From NCBI GenBank assembly GCA_043228905.1, contig JBHGNT010000016.1:3472001-3536000 (forward strand): 64,000 nt of DNA. Reading direction: 5' to 3'. The position numbers were made by a program, and so were the translations under genes. This DNA comes from Azolla caroliniana. Taxonomy: Eukaryota; Plantae; Polypodiophyta. Positions 49,501 to 60,700 of the stretch are shown here, piece by piece. The number at the start of each line of letters is the position of its first letter. The first letter of the stretch is position 1. The notes under the pieces were generated by a model that saw only the letters and a list, made by a program, of their open reading frames with translations, did no database searches and was not told where the DNA came from.

Positions 49501-50209
49501 AATTAGGCTTAGTGTATAGTCACTTTCGAGTATACTACATATTGTACACTACTAGAACTCTTTTAGTTTAAGTTCTATTTTTTTTACTTAATTTTATTTT
49601 TAGTTATGATGACTGGATAAATACTCTATTGTTGTAAACCAATTGTCTCATGGGCCAAATTTGGCCTTAGAAGACGTTAATACACCTTTCTTTCTTTCTT
49701 TCTTTCTCGGCTGCTCTCACTTCGCTCTCTCGCCAGAACATAGAATGAGCAACAACATAAAACTGTTTGCCCTAAGTCATATTTATACACATATGACTTT
49801 CGGGCTATTTACAAATATAGCCTCAAGGGCCCTTGGCAAACATATTCACAAATATGTCCCCGCATCCGGATCTCTCTCCGGGTACATTCCTCATCCGGCT
49901 CCGTAGCCGGGTCTTCGTCATCCGGCTCCGTAGCCGGGGTCTTCCTCATCCGGCTCCGTAGCCGGGTCTTCGTCATCCGGCTCCGTAGCCGGGTACTCTT
50001 CATCCGGCTTCATGCCGGGTACTCTTCATCCTCCGGTTCCGTAACCGCAACCGGGCTTGCTGTCATTCATCTCCGGACATCCCATCCGGAGGGACCGTAA
50101 ATCCCAACACTGAGCACAGTTGTAAGTGAGAGAGTGTTTTTATTGTTTTGAATATAGCTTTTACGCTCACCGGCTCCCATTGGGTGTTGTGGCTCGTTTG
50201 TCTCGACCT

Positions 50210-51683
50210 CTAATCATGCCGACTTAGCTTTCGCCCGGATCGGTCTCGGCTGATCGAGTTCCGGTTTGGTCGGCTCCCTTCCGTAACCGTAACTGGCCGA
50301 TACATGTTTGTCCGCACAAATCCGGCCTTGCCGGCTCTTCTTCGGTTTGGGCCCGATTGACCACACCCTGCTCCAATCTTCTTCCGCCTCGTCTTCCGGT
50401 CGTGTCGGATTATCGACTGGTTCATCTTCCGATCGGGTCGGTTCCCGACTCTCTCCTCCTTGCCGCTCCCGGCCTCTCTGTCGGTCCTCTTGTATATGCC
50501 CGTTCCGGGCCTCACATCCTCATCTTCGCACATGTTTGCTCTGGGCCATGCCTCCTCATGGCCACCGTTCTTCTCTCCGATCTTATGTTGGCATTCGAGC
50601 GCAAGTGCCGTAGTCTCCGGCCCCGGTGTCGAGGGGTCTTGCCTCTGTCCACTACAATCTTCGTCGTTGTCTCGGTTGCCTGCCTTGCCGTTGCCACCGC
50701 CCGTCACTTTAGGACTCATGTCGGCACTTGGGCCGACCGCCGGAGCCTCTAGGACCGGTGCGTGTAAGGTCGCGACACCGCCACTCGTTATGTCCGTAGC
50801 CACCTCTATCTGGATGTCGTTGTCTGTGGCTACCCCGTCTCCGATCGTGGAAGCCTCGATTACACTTGCCGCCTCCTCTTCCTCGATCTCCTTGCCGTCG
50901 TCTTGGTTGCCCGCCTTGCCGCCGCCACTGTTCATCACTCTAGGTCTCACACCGGCTCTCGGGCCGGATGCCAGAGTCTCTAGAATTGGTGTGGGTAAGG
51001 ACCCGACACCACCGCTTGTCTCCTCCCCACTCGATGTTTCGGGCGGCCTCCATGGCCGTCCCTTCACCGCAAGGCAAGAGGGTCGCTTGCTCCGCACCCT
51101 CTCCCATGTCGCCGTCGCACGCTCTTCCGGCCTCCGTATAGGCCCCGTCTTCTACGCTTAGGGAGGCTTCTTCCTCCACATCCTCCGATCGCCTCCGGCC
51201 CGACTCCATAATAAACCCTTCTTCGGCTTCGATTTTCCCCTTCACAAGCTCGCATGCCTCCCGTATTAGCGCTTCTAGGTCGAGCTCCTCCGAACCGTTT
51301 TGCGTTGAGCTCTCTTTCGGTGGTAGTGTGTAGCCACTCACCGCCCTCTCTTCTCCACCGCTCGTGGGCCACGTTGTTGCCGATCGCTCCCCATTGAGTT
51401 GCCGGCATACCCACTCCGGTTTTGCGTATCCGTGTGCGTCCAATAGAGCTCCCTCAAAGGACTCCCATGACTCGTGAGCTTCTCGTAGCTCCTTGACCTC
51501 CTTGTGCACCAATACGGCCGCCACTCGAGGAAAATACTCTAGCCGTATCGCCTTGTCCACGCCCCCTTTCGCCATCTCGGCCTTGTAGGCTCTCAAAATT
51601 TTTGGGACCTCATTCCCATTGAAGCGGCCGACTCGATCGACCACCCTTTCGACGGCTTGTTGAGCCGCATTTCGCTTCGCCAT
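50210..51683 (-). pseudogene. Truncated gag-like ORF (51683-50940) plus an overlapping low-complexity ORF (51097-50210) of an older non-autonomous gypsy relative
   Basis: AVERVVDRVGRFNG..Y.AEM......RLEYFPRVA..EV.E....SWESFEG.LL..G aligns by eye with the gag at 63747-62449 (AIEAVVNTIGRFSG..YRAEM...RLAGFPRVA..EV.E...TWEEFEGRLL..G). No pol follows. Confidence 0.7.
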
Positions 51684-51765
51684 CTTCCGTCCGGTGTTGT
51701 GTTGTTACGTGCGTGCGTGGAGAACAAGGCGGGACCACTGGGGTCTTGGACCGAGGAATAGGTGA

Positions 51766-51801
<36 letters not shown>

Positions 51802-52540
51802 GCTCACTCACGTATAGACAAAGAAGCGCACGGGGACGCGGCACAACAACACAGGATACACGAGTTGAGAACACTAGAGTATGTATGTAAAAATAGGCAT
51901 GTATTTGTAAGTATGCAGACGACTCGAACGGTTACAGCCGATCAGGTCGGCGAGGTGGATGCCGACGCCTGAACACCCACGCACCACAAGAGAGCAAGAT
52001 GGAGATTTTGCCGGAAGCACACGGGCGTTCCACGGAGCAGAATCAGCCTCCTGAGAACCTGTGCAAAAGAAACTATGGAGGACGACAGAGAAGAAGAGCT
52101 CGGTCCCAGTCCGACAGCACTTCGTTCCCTCTAGTGCGTGATCCCCTTCTCTCCCCGTCTCCCTCTCTTTTATAGCTCAAGGAGGGAGGCCGTCTTACCC
52201 GTTTACATCACATTAATTCTCTGTCCTTTCGGACAGAGATACTCCTCGATTCTCCCTATAGAATATTGCTACCTAGGATCTGACCTTTGTGCCTACCTAT
52301 CTACTGTACAACAAGGGGCGTGCCCACGTGTAAGGGCCGATTCACACACGCTATACACGGTTTGTGCCTGGGGACGGTTTTCTTCACGACATCCGCCCCC
52401 ACCTAACCGCGCATCCACCGGTATGCGCTAAAATTGGGTTCCTACTGGAGAAAACCGGTCCTTGCTTTTATTCCTCGTTTACCGGTTCGTCCTCCACCTC
52501 GGGCTGCTCGTCGTTGCTGTCCGTGCCCCCTAGCTCCGAC

Positions 52541-55500
52541 TCACCGTCGTGTCGTTTCTTGAACGCTCTTCCCCGCTACCGGTATCGCCATTCTCGTACC
52601 GTCGAGCTCCGCGAGATGGTACGTGCCATTGTCGTTGGCGCATGTTACTACGTAAGGCCCGAAACACCTCCTTGCGAACTTCCGCGTGGCCTTGTGCTGA
52701 TTGTCGAGGCTGCTGTCGTAGACTAGCACCCAGTCGCCTTCCTCGATCTTCCTTGGCCAGAGCCGGTGTGTTCGGTCGAACCGGGCTTTGTTCCTTATCC
52801 TCGCTACCTGAAGTTTCTCCGTGGCTCGCTCTACATCCTCCGGCCTCCGCTCGAGCTGTCGAATCCAAGCCGCCAATAGTTCCTCCCGGCTCATCTCATC
52901 CCTCCAGTCCATCGTGGCTCACGAGGAGATCGTTCGCTTTGTTGGCATGATCGGCTTCTGTTCGAACATAAGCTCGGCCGGCATGAACCCTGTTACCGAA
53001 CTGTGTGTAGTCCGGTCCGCCCACAAGGCATAAGGTAGTAGCCGTGGCCAATTCCCGACTTGGCCTCCGCACGCTCGTACTAGCGCTTTGACAATTGGCC
53101 CGTGTCCGCGCTCCACCTTCCCGTTCGCCTCCGGATTGTACATTGTGGTGAGCGAAAGTTTGACTCCTCGCCGGTCGAACAACTCTTCGGCCTCTTCTGC
53201 GTTCAACTCACCACGGTCAGCCACGATCTTCCCTACGCACCCATATCGGCATACCACGTCCTCAATCAAAAACCGGCATACGGCTGCAGTCGTCTTGTTC
53301 TGTAGGGCTCGGCCTTCAACCTGGTTTGTTAGATCCTCCCGAGCCAGCACCAGATACCGCATCAGTCCGACCCCCATTGGCATCGTCACCAAATCCACCA
53401 TCCATTTGAAGTGGATGGTCGGAGGGTAGGTCGGGTGAAGCTCGTCCTGGTGTCGGATCATGGAGTGGACCTGGCAGCTTTCGCAAGTCGTCACGAACCG
53501 ATGCACGTCCCGGTATAGTCCCAACCACCAGTACTTCCCCTTTAGCTTTGCGAACGTGGCCCACGTTCCACGGTGTCCAGCCCAAGGACTGTCGTGGTAC
53601 GCCGCCATCAAATCTTCCTGTTCCTCCTTCTTTGCCACCACTTGGAGCGGGATGTCGTTCCTCTTCTTCGGGTGCTTCCATATGTACCCGTCCCGGATAA
53701 AGAATCGGTAGGCTTTCTTCCGAATCCGGTTGGCCTCGTCCGTTGTCCATGCCGCGTCCGGTGTCATCGTTTTCAGGAACCCATCGATCTGCAGCCACTC
53801 CCTGTCGTACTTGCTCTCGTCAAAATCATTAAGCGTTGGAGTGCATTCCCTGCCGGTTGTTAAGTGAGCCGCCTTGAAAAAGTCCACGCCGACTTCCTCG
53901 TCCTCCGAAACCATGCCGCCCTCGTTTTCGAACCTCGCCCTTGAAAGCATGTCGGCCATGGCATTGTCTTTCCCATAAATGTGTCATATTTCCGGATTCA
54001 GGGACTTGATGTACGCTATCCACCTGAGCATTGCCAGGTCCGGTGTCGCGCATTCGGAAACCATGCCAAGAATTGGTAGGCAGTCCGTCTCGATAATTAC
54101 CTCTGTCCCGATTAGGTAGTCTTTATCGGCCTTTACCGCCGAAACGATACCCCAGAGCTCGCGTTTAACCTGGGCGTATCCTCGTTGTCGCTCGCTGAGG
54201 ACCTTTGCGCCGAACCGGATCGGGAAACGCCTGTCGTCCTCGTCCTCTTGGTTGACGACCCATCCGATCCCGGTCGGACTCGTGTCTATCGTTACGTAAA
54301 TTGGAGTGTCCTTTCCGTAGACAGCCTTTCGGAGCGCCGAAGCTACGGCAAGTGCTTCCTTCATCTTTCGGACAGACTCCGTATGCTCATCTCTCCACTC
54401 GAATTTTCGCCCCTTTTTCAGCAACTCGTATAACGGCTCCGCGACGTGAGCGTAATGCGGGATCCATATGTGGTAGAATGCGCACGCTCCCAAGAACCTC
54501 CGAACCTCCGTGACCGAGCTACAGTCGTCCTTCATTGCGGAGATGGCTTCTACCTTAGCCGGAGACGGTTTCCGGCCGTACGACCCGCATAGGTGTCCGA
54601 CGACCATGATCTCTGATTGCCCGAAGGCCGATTTTCCCCTAGAGAAGGTGAGCCTCGCGCCCTCCAACCTCTGCAGCACCTTCTCGCAGTCATCGATGTG
54701 TGTCGCCACGAATTTCCGGCACCCGTCCGGTCCGATCGTCTCGTCCCTTTCCTCCACCGGGCATCCCTTGATCGGGACGTCGTCTAGAAACGGCATGGTG
54801 ATGTCCGGGATACAATCCCTCAGCACCTTGTTCATTGCGTTTACCATGTGAGCCACCGAGTTCGTCCCTCCTTGTGGTAGGGTACACATCCGTACTAGGC
54901 CGAGAGGAGTTCGCATCGTCATGATGTCTCTGCTCTTTATGGCTAGCTGGAACTGATCGTACCCCGAGTAGAGATCACCGACCGAGTAAATCGACCTTCC
55001 GGCGAAGGCATCCGCGAACTCGTCTATTGTCGGTCCGATTCCTACGTTTCAAATGGTCACCTTGTTGACCGGCTGCAGGTTTTGAATAAAGCGCAGCGTG
55101 CCGTCCTTCGGCATGGTAAACCACCGATTCGAGTATGGGGCACTCGACGGTTCGAGGATTCCCATCTCAACCTTCTGCTTTAACATCTCCATCAGCTTCG
55201 GGATGTGAGGTCTGGGTATTGGAATTGGTTTGAGACTCCACGGCACATGCAGTACCGTGAATATCACCATCGGTTCCACGACTGTCGGGTCTACGCACCT
55301 GATCTCCTCCGGCGAGAATGCGAAAGCCTTCCCGTGCCTTCCGAGCATCCCCTGAAAACGGTCCTCTTCCACCAACAGTAGGAAGCCGCCCCCACCGATT
55401 TTGAGCTTGCGCAATGTTATGTCGGTGAACGTGTGTCCTATGCTGGCCGGATTTCGTAAACTCGGGTCCGAAGCAACCCCCTTTATTCGCAACTCGCTGC

Positions 55501-55720
55501 CCTTCGGCAAGGGAGCCGCGACCGGCCTCACCTTCCGGTCCACAGTCTTGTACCTCGTGTCCACTCGTGCCGTTCGATCCGACTCGAGCCCTCTACTGAA
55601 GTCCGCGATGACTTCGTACATCCTTTCCGAACATACCGGAATCGTCCGGCCCTCTTTAAGGACTCCTCCGACTACCTCTCGCAGCTCCCCCAAGGTATCG
55701 ACGAAAGAGACCGCCTCCAC
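52541..55720 (-). pseudogene. Fragmented gypsy pol (RT, RNase H, integrase with GPY/F motif)
   Basis: ORFs 55720-55049, 54922-53984, 53959-52919 and 52912-52541, with PSSAPYSNRWF, FLDD, DTSPTGIG, HDSPWAGH..CESC, VADRGE, YNPEANGKVERGH and FGPY. Confidence 0.88.
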
Positions 55721-56325
55721 GGCTCCGTTGATTACCTCTCCAAGGCCGAGGATACCACATGCCCGAAGTTGCTCCTCCGCCTTTTTTTTCTTCTTGCCAA
55801 CAACATCGACTATCGTACACCCTCCGTTGTCGGAGAACCAAAATTTCCTACTTATAGTACAGGTCTATTTCGGTATCATACACTGGTGGGGTTTTCCCGG
55901 AGTGTCCGGACTATCGCGGCCCCACGCCTTGATAGCCCTCTCTAAAAATCCTCTCGGCTTTTGCCCCCGAGGGTCTCGCGGTTCCGCTCATGGTTCGGTC
56001 TCACCGTCAGGAACTGGACCGAGTGACGCCCATCCTGTCATAACTAGACTCGAACCCATAACCTTTTGTTACACGGGTCGAGACTTTACCATTAGGTTAT
56101 GAATTGTAATTTGAAGGATATTATTTTCATTTAGGTTTTATTGGGAAATTGATGTATATTCCAGATTTCTCTGGAACATTCTAGAAACTTCAGGAGTATT
56201 CTTGAAGACACTATAAAAGGAGGCGCAAGGCATTAGTTCGAACCAAATCGGTTCAACGCCAGTCTTAAGCCTTCTAACTACTGTTGTATATCTTCTGTCA
56301 TATAATACATATATCTTTCGCATCA

Positions 56326-56363
<38 letters not shown>

Positions 56364-56586
56364 ACTCATTCCTTCTCTCAAAGTTCGACACCTCTCATAG
56401 TACTAATCCTTCTCTGTCTTAGTACTATTCCCCAACAATAGTACTAATCCTTCTTTTAGTACTAATTCCTTCTCTGCCTTAATAGAGTTCCTGACAGTTT
56501 GAACCGATTTTTTGACTACTAGTCTCCCTCTTCCTTCTGTCTCCCTCCTTTCCTACTAGTCTCTTATTTCCCTTTTCCTTCATCCC

Positions 56587-57756
56587 ATGGCCACCGTTAG
56601 CGCTGAAGAGTATCAATCCGTTTTCTCGGAATTTCAATGCTTGAAAGAGAAGTTTCATGCTTTGGAACAAGAAAATCAACGCTTGTTGGGGGATCTTCAG
56701 CAAATTTCCTTAGAAAAGCAGCAAACGCAACAACAGCATGGGGAACTTGCGTTACGCGTGCAACAACTCGAAGCAACCATCGTAGCAATGCAACAACAAG
56801 GGCACGGAGCACAAGGGATTCATAAAGAACCCAAGATTGGCCTTCCCACGAAGTTCGATGGAACGCGATCGCAGTTTAGAGGGTTTCTTAACCAGGTACG
56901 GTTAGTTATTCAAATGCATCCGTCCCGATATCCCACCGATGCATCACGAGTGGGTTTAGTAGGCACGTTGTTAAATGGCTCAGCATTAGCATGGTTCGCT
57001 CCGCTACTAGAAAAGGAATCTCCAGTACTAAATAATTTTGAAGAATTCATAAGTGAGTTTAAAGCATGTTTTGGAGATACTGACAGCATAAGGACTGCAA
57101 TCAACAAAATCCGGCGATTACGCCAAGGTGACCGTCCAGCCTCCGCATATGCTGCAGATTTCCGCCTACTCGCCGCCGATATCCCCTGGGATGATCAAGC
57201 ATTGATGGAGCAGTTCCGCTATGGTCTACGCAACGATGTCAAGGATTTACTCTTGACTTTCCCTGAAGAGCCAAAATCATTAACAGAAGCAATCAGTCGA
57301 GCGGTCAGATGTGACAACCGCCTCTTCGAGCGACGTTCGGAACGACAATTTCAGATGCCGAGGGCAAGATCCGAGCCTACCTATGCCTCAGTGGTAGCGA
57401 AACCTTTTCAAAGGGAGTCACATAATGCGCCTCCAGTAAGTACTCCAACTCCAATGGAAATTGACACTACACGTCGTCGTGGGCCGCTATCGGAGGAGGA
57501 AAAGCAACGACGCCGAACAAACCGATTATGCCTTTATTGCGGTGGACCAGGGCATATCGCGATAAACTGTCCCCATAGACCAAGAAGGCAGGTAAACCAA
57601 GTCATTGTTAGTTCTGACTATACTAAACCCGAGTCTATTTCAGTAGGAATCTCTGATAATCCTCATAGTCATAATAGTCCTAATAGTACTAATAGTCCGA
57701 ATCTCGCAAACAAATTTGATGTCCTTAGCCAATTAGAAGAAGAGTTAAACGACTAA
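56587..57756 (+). CDS. Chromovirus Gag (PEG10/sushi-like capsid plus CCHC knuckle), 389 aa
   Basis: PTKFDGTRSQFRGF, LLNGSALAWF, LRQGDRPASAYAADF, FRYGL, PTPMEID and CLYCGGPGHIAINC. Confidence 0.95.
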   Translation: MATVSAEEYQSVFSEFQCLKEKFHALEQENQRLLGDLQQISLEKQQTQQQHGELALRVQQLEATIVAMQQQGHGAQGIHKEPKIGLPTKFDGTRSQFRGFLNQVRLVIQMHPSRYPTDASRVGLVGTLLNGSALAWFAPLLEKESPVLNNFEEFISEFKACFGDTDSIRTAINKIRRLRQGDRPASAYAADFRLLAADIPWDDQALMEQFRYGLRNDVKDLLLTFPEEPKSLTEAISRAVRCDNRLFERRSERQFQMPRARSEPTYASVVAKPFQRESHNAPPVSTPTPMEIDTTRRRGPLSEEEKQRRRTNRLCLYCGGPGHIAINCPHRPRRQVNQVIVSSDYTKPESISVGISDNPHSHNSPNSTNSPNLANKFDVLSQLEEELND

Positions 57757-60700
57757 GTCCAGCCAAAATAGGAGCCGTTTGGTTGGACAGCCCTAGATCT
57801 GTGCAGCCCATTAGTGGTTCCATTCCCTCTAAGCAAGTTAGTGATGTGTTCGTAGCCCAAGTAGCAGTTAGTACTAAAAGTACCCCTCCAGTACATACCT
57901 TAGCCCTTCTAGATTCCGGAGCTAATTCTTGCTTCATGGATAGGAATTTTGCCCGAGCTCATCAGATATCTCTCAGAAAGCTCCCATGTCCAGCCTCAGT
58001 AGTAGTCATTGATGGTCGTCCCATTGCTTCTGGTAATATCATAGAAGAGTCGGAACCCGTTAATATTGTCCTAGATAACTTAACATGTGTAGTATCATTT
58101 AATATTATTAGTATTCCAGAACATCCCATAGTTTTAGGATTACCATGGTTCGAGTTACATGACCCAGACATAGATTGGAGGACAAGGGAAATCCGGTTGC
58201 GACAAACCCAAGGATCTATCCAGAAGGTTGCAACCATTTCGCTACGTCAGTTGCGTGAGGAAGGGCGCAAGGAGGAAATGTTTCTCTTTGCAATATCAGT
58301 ACAACCCTCCAGCACCACCAAAGAGGAGTCCACCGTTCAACTTCCCGAGAAGTATCGTCAGTATGCTGATGTGTTCGATAAAGAACAAGCCAACACACTT
58401 CCTCATCATCGGCCGTACGACTGCGCCATCGACTTACAACCGGGAAAAGAGCCGCCATGGGGGCCGATCTACAATTTGTCACCAACCGAGCTAGAAGTCC
58501 TTCGAGCCTATATAGAGGAGAATTTGGAGAACGGTTTCATTCGGCATTCGAAATCTCCAGCCGGCGCACCCATTTTCTTCGTCAAGAAAAAAGATGGCTC
58601 GCTTCGACTCGTTGTAGATTACCGTGGCTTGAATAAGGTCACAGTAAGAAATAGGTATGCTCTTCCCCTTATCTCAAGTCTTTTAGAACGGATCAACGGT
58701 GCCAGGTTCTTCACGAAGATCGACTTACGAGGAGCCTATAACCTCGTACGGATCCGACCAGGAGATGAATGGAAGACCGCGTTTCGCACCAGATATGGGC
58801 ACTTCGAGTATACGGTCATGCCGTTCGGACTCACTAATGCGCCGGCAGTCTTCCAACACATGGCGAATGATATATTTCGAGATCTCTTGGATGATTTTTT
58901 GATCATCTATTTGGATGATCTACTGGTTTATTCAAAGACCCAAGAAGAACATGATTCTCATGTACTATTAGTACTAAAACGACTTCGAGAACATGGTCTG
59001 TATGCAAAGTTAGAGAAATGTAGTTTCGGGTGCAACCAAGTGGAGTTTCTCGGCTATGTCATCTCCTCAGAAGGCATATCTATGGACCCAGCCAAGGTCA
59101 AAACGGTGATAGAATGGCACACTCCGCGTTCGGTGCGGGATGTGCAATGCTTCCTAGGCTTTGCAAATTTCTACCGGAAGTTCATACAAAATTACTCAAA
59201 AATTGTGCTGCCTCTCACACAGCTCACCAGGAAGGGACAATCATTCATTTGGTCTAAAGAGACGGACATGGCTTTCGAGAGTCTTAAGAAGGCGTTTACA
59301 TCAGCTCCAATTTTAGGTCATGTGGATCCGGAAAAACCATTCATTATCGAAGCTGATGCATCGGATTTCGCATTGGGGAGCATTCTGTCACAACAGGGTA
59401 ACGACGAGAAGCTACATCCTGTGGCTTTCCACTCCCGTAAGTTTGACGCCGCCGAAATCAACTACGAAATTCATGATAAAGAGCTATTAGCAATAGTTGA
59501 TTCTTTTATGCAATGGAGGCATTTCCTGGAGGGATCTCCTCATCAGGTCACTGTATTCAGTGACCACAAGAACCTTGCCTACTTTCAAGATGCTCGTGTA
59601 CTGAATCGACGTCAAGCTCGGTGGGCCCACTTCCTCACACGCTTCGACTTCAAAATTACATATCGTCCGGGGAAGCACCAAGGGAAGGCAGATGCATTAT
59701 CACGGCGTTCGTATCTAACACCACGTCCCGGTGAGCCAGCTTTCGATAACCAGAAGCAAGTAATCTTGGGTCCAGCACGACTGCAAGCAGCACAGGTCTT
59801 TGACATGCCCGTGGATTCCGACATTACCAATACTATACGTGAGGACTTGAAGACTGACGCTTTCGCCCAAGCTATACTAGCACAAATTGACCCCTCTCGA
59901 GCGTCATGTTCACAATCACAATCACCAGGTACGGATTATCGGCAATTCAAATACTGTGATGGATTACTCTTCTTTAAAGAACTTTTGTATGTTCCTAATG
60001 GTTCTTGCCGCCTTCGAGTAGTACAAAACTGCCATGACACATATACAGCAGGACATTTTGGTAGTACTAAAACATTAGATTTAGTACAACGATCATTCTG
60101 GTGGCCCCGTATGCGACAATTTGTCGAAGATTTTGTTCGGACTTGCGATACATGCTGCAGAGCGAAAATGCCAAGACATCATCCATATGGTTTATTAGAA
60201 CCATTACCAATTCCAAGCAAGCCATGGCAATCCATTGCTCTTGACTTCATTACAGATCTTCCAGTCTCTAAGGGATTCAGTGCGATTCTCACAGTGGTGG
60301 ATCGATATACGAAGATGGCTCATTTCTTACCATGTACTAAAGAAATATCTAGTGAAGACACCGCCGAAATTGTCATGCGGGAAGTATGTCGGCATCATGG
60401 ACTCCCTGATAATATCATCAGCGATCGTGGACCCCAGTTTGTGTCAAAATTCTGGAAGCACCTTTTTAAAATGCTGAAGGTCACTTGTAACCTCTCCTCC
60501 GGCTACCACCCACAAACCGACGGTCAAGCCGAACGAACAAATCAAACACTGGAGCAGTATCTGCGGTGCTTTCTCAACTATCATCAGAATGACTGGGCAG
60601 ATATTCTTCAGTTCGCCGAATTTGCCTATAATAACGCTATCCACGCATCGACTAAAGTCACGCCATTCTACGCTTATACGGGATATCATCCCCGGTGGTG

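Larger units (their letters stand above)
44293..49706 (+). mobile_element. Apparently full-length, intact two-ORF non-LTR retrotransposon (APE-RT type; not typical angiosperm L1 or RTE; possibly RTEX- or L2-like) with a (TTTC)n tail, inserted in a (TC)n tract
   Basis: Comparing the two Copia LTRs places the insert exactly within (TC)n. Structure: 5' UTR 44293-44949, ORF1, ORF2, 3' UTR with a hairpin, then (TTTC)5 at 49687-49706. Confidence 0.93.
39249..50109 (-). mobile_element. Full-length young Ty1/copia (Tnt1/Tork-like) LTR retrotransposon with a LINE inserted in its 5' LTR
   Basis: TSD CTGAG (39244-39248, 50110-50114). 3' LTR 39249-39878. 5' LTR 43993-44292 plus ~49707-50109. PBS TGGTATCAGAGC (rc 43978-43989) and PPT (rc 39879-39893). 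The LTRs are nearly identical. Confidence 0.97.
38472..50310. mobile_element. Old LTR-like segment split into three pieces (38472-38680, 39199-39248, 50110-~50310) by later insertions
   Basis: Begins TGTTGAGCGG at an abrupt AT-to-GC transition. After removing the two insertions it reads through TATATAAATAG...TTGTAAGTGAGAGAG...TTGAATATAG like an LTR. The right end and orientation are unresolved. Confidence 0.5.
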
